A stretch of 32,000 nt of DNA from Raphidiopsis brookii D9 (lineage in GTDB: Bacteria; Cyanobacteriota; Cyanobacteriia; Cyanobacteriales; Nostocaceae): positions 30,001-62,000 of the forward strand of contig ACYB01000021.1 in assembly GCA_000175855.1 (NCBI GenBank). Direction: 5' to 3'. The position numbers and the translations under genes were made by a program. Every line of letters begins with the position of its first letter. Positions within the stretch are counted from its first letter, which is position 1. Below, piece by piece: positions 22,650 through 30,405 of this stretch. The notes beneath the pieces are model-generated. The model searched no databases and was not told the DNA's origin. It saw only the letters and a list, made by a program, of their open reading frames with translations.

Positions 22650-22682
22650 ACTATAACATAATATTAAGGACTAGGTTAAAAA

Positions 22683-23171
22683 CTAGGGATTTGCCACCAA
22701 CAAAACAACCGCATAAGCACAAATACCTTCTTCCCTACCAGTGGGACCCAATTTTTCATTGGTTGTAGCTTTTACCCCAACCTGATGGGGTTGTATTGAT
22801 AAAGTAGATGCTAACTGCTCACGCATTTGATGAATATAGGATTTTAACTTGGGACGTTCAGCTACCACTACAGAATCCACATTGCCCACTTCCCAACCTT
22901 GATTGAGGATGAGACCATGAACCTGTTTTAATAATACTAAACTCTTGGCCCCTTTCCACTGAGGAGCACTAGGGGGAAAATAATGACCAATATCTCCCAA
23001 AGACAGGGCACCCAACATGGCATCCATAATTGCATGGGTTAACACATCAGCATCACTATGTCCTAACAAACCCAATTCATGGGGTATGTGAACACCACCA
23101 AGAATTAATGGGCGATCGCTCACCAATTTGTGAATATCATAGCCATTACCAATTCTGATATTTGTAGTCAT
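22683..23171 (-). CDS. ispF: 2-C-methyl-D-erythritol 2,4-cyclodiphosphate synthase
   Basis: [62 protein letters not shown]. Confidence 0.97.
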   Translation of the reverse strand: MTTNIRIGNGYDIHKLVSDRPLILGGVHIPHELGLLGHSDADVLTHAIMDAMLGALSLGDIGHYFPPSAPQWKGAKSLVLLKQVHGLILNQGWEVGNVDSVVVAERPKLKSYIHQMREQLASTLSIQPHQVGVKATTNEKLGPTGREEGICAYAVVLLVANP

Positions 23172-23202
23172 TGTCAGTTGTGTGGATTTGGTGTTTAGTA
23201 AA

Positions 23203-23940
23203 TTAATCCTCTTTCTCCGTAGGATCTAGAGAATCAGAGCGTTCCTGTTGCCATTTTTCCAGCAGATCAGGACGACGAAAAGCAGTACGTTCAATTTGTT
23301 GTTGAAAGCGCCAGCGAGAAATTTCCGCGTGATTACCGCTAAGTAAAACATCGGGAACCTTCCAACCCCGAAACTCAGCGGGACGGGTATATTGGGGAAA
23401 ATCCAATAAACCCTCTTCAAAACTTTCAGCCTTGAGAGATTCTACTTTACCCACAGTACCCGGTAAAAGACGAACCACACCATTCAATAGGGCCATAGCA
23501 GGGATTTCGCCACCTGTCAGAATAAAATCACCCAAAGACACCTCACGGGTAACTAAATTGAGAACACGCTCATCAACGCCCTCATAATGTCCACAAATGA
23601 CAACTAACTGATCATAGCTAGTAGCCAATTCTTTCAAAAGGGGTTGATTGATAGTTTGTCCCTGGGGACTCATAAGAATGATATCCCGACGAGGTAAAAC
23701 CGGTAGGGACTCAACCGCAGTAAAAATCGGCTCAGGTTTAAGCAACATACCCACACCCCCACCGTAAGGTTCATCATCTACTTTACGATGTTTATCCTTG
23801 GTGAAATCCCTGGGATTAACCAAATAAACCTGAGCAATACCCCTATTTAGAGCCTTCCCTAAAAGACCAGAAGTGAGAATGGAACCGAAACAGTCAGGAA
23901 AAAGTGTAACTATATCAAAACGCACAGTATCAAAACGCAC
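23203..23940 (-). CDS. trmD: tRNA (guanosine(37)-N1)-methyltransferase TrmD; true start may be GTG at 23925
   Basis: [68 protein letters not shown]. Two GTG candidates (23940 and 23925) are created by a tandem duplication. Confidence 0.95.
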   Translation of the reverse strand: MRFDTVRFDIVTLFPDCFGSILTSGLLGKALNRGIAQVYLVNPRDFTKDKHRKVDDEPYGGGVGMLLKPEPIFTAVESLPVLPRRDIILMSPQGQTINQPLLKELATSYDQLVVICGHYEGVDERVLNLVTREVSLGDFILTGGEIPAMALLNGVVRLLPGTVGKVESLKAESFEEGLLDFPQYTRPAEFRGWKVPDVLLSGNHAEISRWRFQQQIERTAFRRPDLLEKWQQERSDSLDPTEKED

Positions 23941-23945
23941 AGTAT
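23913..23945. repeat. 15-bp tandem duplication (TATCAAAACGCACAG x2 + TAT) at the 5' end of trmD
   Basis: Direct read: tatcaaaacgcacag tatcaaaacgcacag tat. Confidence 0.95.
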
Positions 23946-24103
23946 TCCAGATCAGAAGCAGGTAAAATGACAGTGCAAATTAATTTTGGTCATATTTCCC
24001 TATCAAGTAATCTTTTGATGAGAGCAAGGTTATTATTTCCCCGCACATCTTAGATTATCATGAGAGTTGACTAAAAAGTAAGATAACTACATTTATCATC
24101 TAG

Positions 24104-24127
24104 TTTATGTTTAAATTTATGTTTAAA
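24104..24127. repeat. 12-bp perfect tandem duplication TTTATGTTTAAA x2 upstream of cphB
   Basis: Direct read of the + strand: tttatgtttaaa tttatgtttaaa. Confidence 0.95.
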
Positions 24128-24551
24128 TAATTATCACGACTCAATTTATAGCCGTAGCCACCCGGGGAGAGGCAAGCTTGAATCTCTAAGGGCCACCCCA
24201 AGTGAAAATGCCCTAAAACATTCTAGGACAATCCAGACCAACCCAAAAGCGATCGCAAACCTGAAAACACCGTAAAATCTATCTTAATTTCAGACAAACA
24301 AATAGAAAGGTAAACGGTGATGGTAATGAGGAAAAGTAACGAACATGACAGAAAATAGGCTTCGTGTGCGTTTAAGGAAAAATTAGGGGGTGAAAATCCT
24401 CGCTCCCAACAATTCTATTAATGTCCTCTAAAAAAAGCAAATGTCGGAAATCAACAGGGTAAGAAACCTGATTAAATGAATTCACTTGCCATTCGTCACC
24501 AACCAACCGTTTAAGGCGAAGGCCACTGAAGTTGTTGAACCAAGAAACACA

Positions 24552-25433
24552 ATGCAGCAATTAAAAGCTAAAACGCTGAAAATGAGGACACCCCAAGCAA
24601 CTAAAACTGCCGTTCTAGTGATCGGAGGCGCAGAGGACAAAGTTCACGGACGTGAAATTCTGAGGACTTTTGTGGCTCGTGCTGGCGCTAGTAAGGCTTA
24701 TATTACAATTGTTCCATCTGCTTCAAGAGAACCAGCCATTATCGGTGGTCGTTACATTCGCTTGTTTGAAGAAATGGGTGCCCAGAAGGTGGAAATTTTG
24801 GACATTCGTGAGCGCGAACAATGTGAAAACCCTCAAATTAAAGCATCTCTAGAAAACTGTACTGGGGTGTTTTTAACCGGGGGCGACCAATTGCGACTCT
24901 GTGGAGTCCTCTCGGATACACCAGCCATGGACTTAATCCGGCAGCGTGTAAGAGCAGGACAATTAACTTTAGCAGGAACAAGTGCAGGAGCAGCCGTTAT
25001 GGGACACCACATGATTGCTGGTGGGGGAAGTGGGGAAACGCCTAACCGTTCTTTAGTAGATATGGCAACAGGGTTGGGATTTATTCCTGAAGTTATTGTC
25101 GATCAGCACTTTCATAATCGAAACCGCATGGGAAGATTAATTAGTGCTATTGCGGCCCATCCAGACCGTCTTGGTATTGGTATTGATGAGGATACTTGTG
25201 CCGTGTTTGAAAGGGATGGGTGGTTGCAAGTGGTGGGCAAGGGTAGTGTGACCATTGTGGATCCCACTGAACTGACTCATACCAATGAGCTCCATGTTGG
25301 TGCAAATGAACCTTTGAACGTTCATAACTTACGCTTACATATTCTTAGTTATGGAGATCAGTTTCACCTGTACCAACGTACTGTTTTACCAGCAGTCCAT
25401 CGTCTTCCTAGTTATGGGGACAATGTGTCTTAA
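24552..25433 (+). CDS. cphB: Cyanophycinase
   Basis: TKTAVLVIGGAEDKVHGREIL, FLTGGDQLRLCG, serine-nucleophile motif LAGTSAGAAVMGH. The supplied ORF starts at 24486; the internal ATG at 24552 (MQQLKAKTLKMRTPQATK) is a plausible true start. Confidence 0.94.
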   Translation: MQQLKAKTLKMRTPQATKTAVLVIGGAEDKVHGREILRTFVARAGASKAYITIVPSASREPAIIGGRYIRLFEEMGAQKVEILDIREREQCENPQIKASLENCTGVFLTGGDQLRLCGVLSDTPAMDLIRQRVRAGQLTLAGTSAGAAVMGHHMIAGGGSGETPNRSLVDMATGLGFIPEVIVDQHFHNRNRMGRLISAIAAHPDRLGIGIDEDTCAVFERDGWLQVVGKGSVTIVDPTELTHTNELHVGANEPLNVHNLRLHILSYGDQFHLYQRTVLPAVHRLPSYGDNVS

Positions 25434-25443
25434 CCCGGTTAAG
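25429..25443. promoter_or_regulatory. Inverted repeat CTTAACC-C-GGTTAAG spanning the cphB stop codon
   Basis: Perfect 7-bp arms with one central base. CCGGTTAA recurs at 25527-25534 in the cphB-cphA spacer. Confidence 0.35.
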
Positions 25444-25585
25444 TTAACCCCCCAGCTATGATTTATCACCAAAAAATGACCCCATTCCTAAGCAAAGGGA
25501 AAAAACGGTTCACCTTGAACAGTTTACCGGTTAACTTGAGTAAGAAACTAAAATTTTGGTTCCGAATCTCCATCTACCTACAGCC

Positions 25586-28240
25586 ATGAGAATCCTCAAG
25601 ATCCAGACCTTACGCGGACCAAATTATTGGAGCATTCGACGCCATAAACTAATCGTCATGCGCCTAGATTTGGAGAACTTAGCAGAAACGCCATCCAATC
25701 AAATTTCAGGCTTTTATGAAGGATTGGTGGAAGCCCTACCCAGCCTGGAAAGTCATTATTGCTCACCAGGCTGTAGAGGCGGCTTTTTGATGCGTGTACG
25801 AGAAGGCACCATGATGGGTCATATCGTAGAACACGTAGCCCTAGAACTCCAGGAATTGGCTGGAATGCAGGTAGGCTTTGGCCGTACTCGTGAAACTGCC
25901 ACCTCGGGGATTTATCAAGTTGTGATTGAGTATCTTAATGAAGAAGCTGGACGTTATGCGTCCCGAGCAGCGGTCAGAGTATGTCAAAGCATTGTTGACA
26001 GAGGTCGCTATCCTAAAGCAGAATTGGAAAAAGATATTCAAGATTTAAAAGAATGTTGGCGAGATGCTTCCCTAGGTCCCTCAACGGAGGCCATAGTTAA
26101 GGAGGCGGAAAGGCGAGGTATTCCTTGGATACCATTATCTGCCAGGTTTTTGATCCAGGTGGGCTATGGTGTCCATCAAAGACGGATGCAAGCCACTATG
26201 ACTGACAACACGGGCATTCTTGGGGTGGAACTGGCTTGCGACAAGGAAGCTACTAAACGCATTCTGGCTAATAGTGGAGTCCCTGTACCCAAGGGCACGG
26301 TAATCAATTTTCTTGACGATTTGGAGGGGTCCATTGAGTATGTTGGCGGTTATCCCATCGTTATTAAACCCCTTGATGGTAATCATGGTCGTGGGATTAC
26401 CATTGATATTAGAAATTGGGATGATGCTGAAGCTGCATATCACTCCGCTAGGCAAGTTTCTCGCTCAATTATCGTAGAACGTTACTATGTGGGGCGTGAC
26501 CACCGGGTTCTGGTCGTAGATGGTAAGGTTGTAGCTGTGGCTGAACGAGTCCCTGCTCATGTGGTTGGTGATGGTAAACTAACTATTGCTGAATTAATTG
26601 AAGAAACTAATAAACATCCTAGTCGCGGCGAAGGACATGACAATGTGCTCACCAGAATTGAACTCGACCATACTAGCTATCAATTATTAGAAAGGCAAGG
26701 TTATACTATTAACACTGTTCTTGGTAAAGGACAGATTTGTTATTTACGAGCTACAGCAAATTTGAGTACAGGTGGCATTGCTGTGGACCGTACGGATGAA
26801 ATTCATCCAGAAAATATCTGGTTAGCCCAAAGGGTAGTAAAAATTATCGGTTTGGATATTGCTGGTTTAGATGTGGTAACCACGGATATTAGTCGCCCTT
26901 TGAGAGAAATGGATGGTGTAATTGTTGAAGTTAATGCTGCCCCTGGTTTTCGGATGCACGTTGCTCCCAGTGTGGGTATCCCCCGCAATGTGGCTGGTGC
27001 GGTGATGGATATGCTGTTTCCCAATGAAAAACCCAGCCGCATTCCCATCGTTAGTGTTACTGGTACTAATGGTAAAACTACTACCACTCGTCTGTTGGCT
27101 CATATTTATAAGCAAACAGGTCAAATTGTGGGTTACACTACTACTGATGGTACTTATATCGGTGATTTCTTGGTGGAAGCTGGAGACAATACTGGTCCCC
27201 AGAGCGCCCATCTCATCCTGCAAGACCCAACGGTGGAGGTGGCCGTGCTGGAATCCGCCCGTGGCGGTATCCTACGCTCTGGTTTGGGCTTCGAGTTTGC
27301 TAATGTGGGCGTGGTTTTAAATGTGGCCGCAGACCATTTAGGCATCGGTGATATTGATACTATTGAACAGTTGGCTAATCTTAAAAGTGTTGTGGCGGAA
27401 GCGGTATTTCCTGATGGGTATGCAGTATTGAATGCTGATGACTATCGGGTAGCTGCTATGGCGGAAAAGACAAAAGCCAATATTGCTTACTTCACTATGA
27501 GTCCCGATTCAGAACTTGTGCAACGGCATATTCAAAAGGGAGGCGTGGCAGCAGTATATGAAAATGGTTATCTATCAATTGTTAAAGGCGATTGGACACA
27601 CCGGATAGAAAAAGCTGAAAGTATACCCTTAACAATGAGTGGTAAAGCACCATTTATGATTGCCAATGCCTTGGCAGCAAGTCTGGCAGCTTTTGTACAA
27701 AATGTCACTATTGAACAGATTCGCGCTGGTTTAAGATCTTTTCGGGCTTCTGTAAGTCAAACACCAGGTAGAATGAACTTGTTTAATTTAGGTAAATACC
27801 ATGCCTTAGTGGATTATGCCCATAATCCCGCCAGCTATCAGGCTTTGGGTTCTTTTGTACGCAATTGGACGAGCGGGCAGCGTATAGGAGTGGTTGGGGG
27901 GCCAGGAGACCGCCGTGATGAGGATTTTGTTACTCTAGGGAAATTAGCAGCTGAGATCTTTGACTACATCATTGTTAAGGAAGACGATGACACCAGAGGA
28001 AGACCTAGGGGATCAGGATCGGATTTGATTATTCAAGGCATCACTCAAACTAAAGCCAATTGTCGTTATGAGTCTATCCTAGACGAGACCCAAGCCATTA
28101 ATAAAGGTTTGGACATGGCTCCGGATGGTAGTTTGGTGGTAATTTTACCGGAAAGTGTTAGTAGGGCTATTCGGTTAATTAAGGTGCGCGGTGTTCAGGA
28201 AGAACCTGTATCACAACCCGCTGTTAATACTCCCGCCTAA
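25586..28240 (+). CDS. cphA: Cyanophycin synthetase
   Basis: MRILKIQTLRGPNYWSIRRHKLIVM N-terminus, ATP-grasp region (VIKPLDGNHGRGITIDI), Mur ligase-like P-loop (VTGTNGKTTTTRLLAHI), DYAHNPASYQALGSFV. ATG 25586 preferred over the upstream ORF start. Confidence 0.97.
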   Translation: MRILKIQTLRGPNYWSIRRHKLIVMRLDLENLAETPSNQISGFYEGLVEALPSLESHYCSPGCRGGFLMRVREGTMMGHIVEHVALELQELAGMQVGFGRTRETATSGIYQVVIEYLNEEAGRYASRAAVRVCQSIVDRGRYPKAELEKDIQDLKECWRDASLGPSTEAIVKEAERRGIPWIPLSARFLIQVGYGVHQRRMQATMTDNTGILGVELACDKEATKRILANSGVPVPKGTVINFLDDLEGSIEYVGGYPIVIKPLDGNHGRGITIDIRNWDDAEAAYHSARQVSRSIIVERYYVGRDHRVLVVDGKVVAVAERVPAHVVGDGKLTIAELIEETNKHPSRGEGHDNVLTRIELDHTSYQLLERQGYTINTVLGKGQICYLRATANLSTGGIAVDRTDEIHPENIWLAQRVVKIIGLDIAGLDVVTTDISRPLREMDGVIVEVNAAPGFRMHVAPSVGIPRNVAGAVMDMLFPNEKPSRIPIVSVTGTNGKTTTTRLLAHIYKQTGQIVGYTTTDGTYIGDFLVEAGDNTGPQSAHLILQDPTVEVAVLESARGGILRSGLGFEFANVGVVLNVAADHLGIGDIDTIEQLANLKSVVAEAVFPDGYAVLNADDYRVAAMAEKTKANIAYFTMSPDSELVQRHIQKGGVAAVYENGYLSIVKGDWTHRIEKAESIPLTMSGKAPFMIANALAASLAAFVQNVTIEQIRAGLRSFRASVSQTPGRMNLFNLGKYHALVDYAHNPASYQALGSFVRNWTSGQRIGVVGGPGDRRDEDFVTLGKLAAEIFDYIIVKEDDDTRGRPRGSGSDLIIQGITQTKANCRYESILDETQAINKGLDMAPDGSLVVILPESVSRAIRLIKVRGVQEEPVSQPAVNTPA

Positions 28241-28245
28241 TTTTG

Positions 28246-28273
28246 AGTAGAGACGCGCTAATTCGTCTCTACT
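28246..28273. terminator. Perfect 10-bp stem hairpin AGTAGAGACG-CGCTAATT-CGTCTCTACT between convergent cphA and cbiET genes
   Basis: Arms 28246-28255 and 28264-28273 are exact reverse complements with an 8-nt loop. No clear U-tract. Resembles GTAGAGACG...CGTCTCTAC palindromes that are common in Nostocales genomes. Confidence 0.6.
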
Positions 28274-28297
28274 TGTCCATTTTGTTGATGTTAGGAT

Positions 28298-29506
28298 TTA
28301 CGTGCCACCCATTGGGTAACCGGAGACATTGCCTTCCAACCCAAAAAATTTGCCCAGGGGTTGGGCCCTTTGAATGGAAATCCGGGTAAAACTCCCTCCT
28401 ACCTGTTCATACCACGTAAATAATGTTTTTTCTCCCTCTATGGTGACTACATTAGCTACTATTCTCCCTCCAGGACATAGAAAGTTCCAACATTCCTCTA
28501 GTAATCCTGGTGTGCTGATTCCTCCACCAATAAAAATGGCATTAGGGGTGGGTAGATCCCTCAGCACCTGGGGTGCTTGACCACTAATAATTTGCAAGTT
28601 CGGTGTACCCAAAGCACTGGCATTATCTGCTATGTAGTGCGATCGCCTGGAGTTTTGTTCAATAGCTACTGCTGCACATCTCATATTAGTTCGCATCCAC
28701 TCTATGGCAATAGACCCACAACCTGATCCAATATCCCACAGCAGTTCCCCAGGTAAGGGAGCTAAAGTTGATAGGGTGAGGGATCTGACTTCTCGTTTAG
28801 TTAACTGTCCATCATGATGAAAAGCATCATCAGGTAAACCTGGTAGTCTAGATAACCCAGATATTCCTATTTGGGCAATACATTCTACGGCCATGGTATT
28901 TAAATCGGCAATTTCTGTCTCTTGCCAACTTTGGGCTAAACCAGTTAAAATCCTCTCCTTCACACCACCCATCTTTTCTAAAACCGTAATTTTACTACCA
29001 CCATAACCCCGGGTGGTTAAAATATTAGCTACTATTGCTGGTGTGTGTTTACCCTCACTTAAAATTAGCAGTTTAGCATTAGGGTAAATATAACATGCCA
29101 GTAAGGAAACTGGACGACCACATACACTTACGGTTTCTACTTCTGAGTAGTTCCAGCCTAGTCGAGAACAAGCTAAACTAAAAGCTGAGTTGGTGGGAAT
29201 AATAGTGATTTCTTCCTTAGGAATATGCCTAATTAAACTGGCTCCCACTCCATAGCACATAGGGTCTCCACTAGACAAAACACATACTAATTTGTTCTGA
29301 TTTCTATATTGTATAACCTGTTGAATAGAATTACCAAAGGGAGAGTTCCAGGAAATTTTTTTCCTCCCATCATCCGGAGGTAACATAGCTAAATGACGGT
29401 CCCCACCTACCAGAATCTCAGCTTGATTAACAAGTAAAATAGCCGTTTTACTTAATCCAGCAATTCCGTCTTCACCTATGCCTATTATTGATAACCACTT
29501 GTACAT
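28298..29506 (-). CDS. cobL: Precorrin-6Y C5,15-methyltransferase (decarboxylating), CbiE-CbiT fusion
   Basis: N-terminal tetrapyrrole methylase (SIIGIGEDGIAGLS, VLSSGDPMCYGVGA) fused to CbiT-like domain (LTLSTLAPLPGELLWDIGSGCGSIAIEW, PNAIFIGGGI). Confidence 0.93.
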   Translation of the reverse strand: MYKWLSIIGIGEDGIAGLSKTAILLVNQAEILVGGDRHLAMLPPDDGRKKISWNSPFGNSIQQVIQYRNQNKLVCVLSSGDPMCYGVGASLIRHIPKEEITIIPTNSAFSLACSRLGWNYSEVETVSVCGRPVSLLACYIYPNAKLLILSEGKHTPAIVANILTTRGYGGSKITVLEKMGGVKERILTGLAQSWQETEIADLNTMAVECIAQIGISGLSRLPGLPDDAFHHDGQLTKREVRSLTLSTLAPLPGELLWDIGSGCGSIAIEWMRTNMRCAAVAIEQNSRRSHYIADNASALGTPNLQIISGQAPQVLRDLPTPNAIFIGGGISTPGLLEECWNFLCPGGRIVANVVTIEGEKTLFTWYEQVGGSFTRISIQRAQPLGKFFGLEGNVSGYPMGGT

Positions 29507-29740
29507 GTTTGGGAGAGAAAATAAAAGTAACAGAGAGTGATAATATATAATAATATATCCAGATATCCACCATAAAAAATTATAGCTTTAGCCATAACAC
29601 CATAGAACTATGGGATAAAAGTGATTGCTGGGTAGGCGTTAACTATTTTATTTATGAGATTATGAGATTGTTGCTGAAAATGAGTTAAGATCAAATACAT
29701 TAGGGTGAAAAACACAACCCAGTCCCCAGACTTCCTAGAA

Positions 29741-29893
29741 ATGCCAATGACTACAAGTAGGCAACCTAAACAACCGCAATCAACACTAGTTTTTGAGTGT
29801 CATTTATTACACGATGATAGTAAGGAATTATCACCACACATTCACTTGGTGGGGAGAAAACCAAAAGATGTTGAAATTCTTTTTATGAGGTAA
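29741..29893 (+). CDS. Doubtful small hypothetical protein (about 50 aa)
   Basis: Supplied ORF starts at GTG 29705. The internal ATG gives MPMTTSRQPKQPQSTLVFECHLLHDDSKELSPHIHLVGRKPKDVEILFMR. The composition is protein-like but no family is recognised. Confidence 0.4.
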   Translation: MPMTTSRQPKQPQSTLVFECHLLHDDSKELSPHIHLVGRKPKDVEILFMR

Positions 29894-30093
29894 ATCCTAT
29901 CCAACAGAGTCCCTAAATCACCTACAGTCAGGTAGTGAACTAAATTATTACTGACCCGTCTAACTTTGTTATCACTAAGTTGGGTAGAAACAGATGATAG
30001 TTAACAAAACTTGATATTGATTCCCTGGGACTTGAGTCCATGCTCCAATTTTCACAAGTTTAACTACGTAGTTTAAAAAGGCAGAAGTACTAC

Positions 30094-30405
30094 ATGCTAC
30101 ACCGCAAGATTTATCAACTGTGTTGCGATGGGCGGGAGGTATGTGTTTTTTTGCGGGATCAGCAACGCTGGATAGAGCGGGCCCGCATTATTGATATAGA
30201 GGGTGATCTGGTGACTCTACGTTATGAGACCGACGAAGAGGACGAAGTCTGCTCTTGGGAAGAAATGGTTCGCTTGGAGAGTATTGGCTCTGTAACTCAG
30301 AAGTTAGCTTCTGTACCACGCGGAAATGTGGATCCCTTGATGACAGATGACTGTCCCGAGTCGGAACGGATCAACCGATTTACAGATCTCAATCCTGATT
30401 CCTAG
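30094..30405 (+). CDS. Small conserved cyanobacterial hypothetical protein, DUF6679-like
   Basis: 103 aa, MLHRKIYQLCCDGREVCVFLRDQQRWIERARIIDIEGDLVTLRYETDEEDEVCSWEEMVRLESIGSV. Protein-like composition. Family assigned from memory only. Confidence 0.72.
   Translation: MLHRKIYQLCCDGREVCVFLRDQQRWIERARIIDIEGDLVTLRYETDEEDEVCSWEEMVRLESIGSVTQKLASVPRGNVDPLMTDDCPESERINRFTDLNPDS

Noticed and set aside
24061-24090. GTAAGATAACTAC as an NtcA binding site upstream of cphB
   Set aside because: The half-sites are 7 nt apart, not the canonical 8, and no properly spaced -10 was identified. Mentioned only as a weak hint.
25841-27345. Several ORFs on both strands within cphA (66, 106, 94, 118, 98, 63 aa)
   Set aside because: cphA is continuous and strongly supported across the region. 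These are shadow ORFs.
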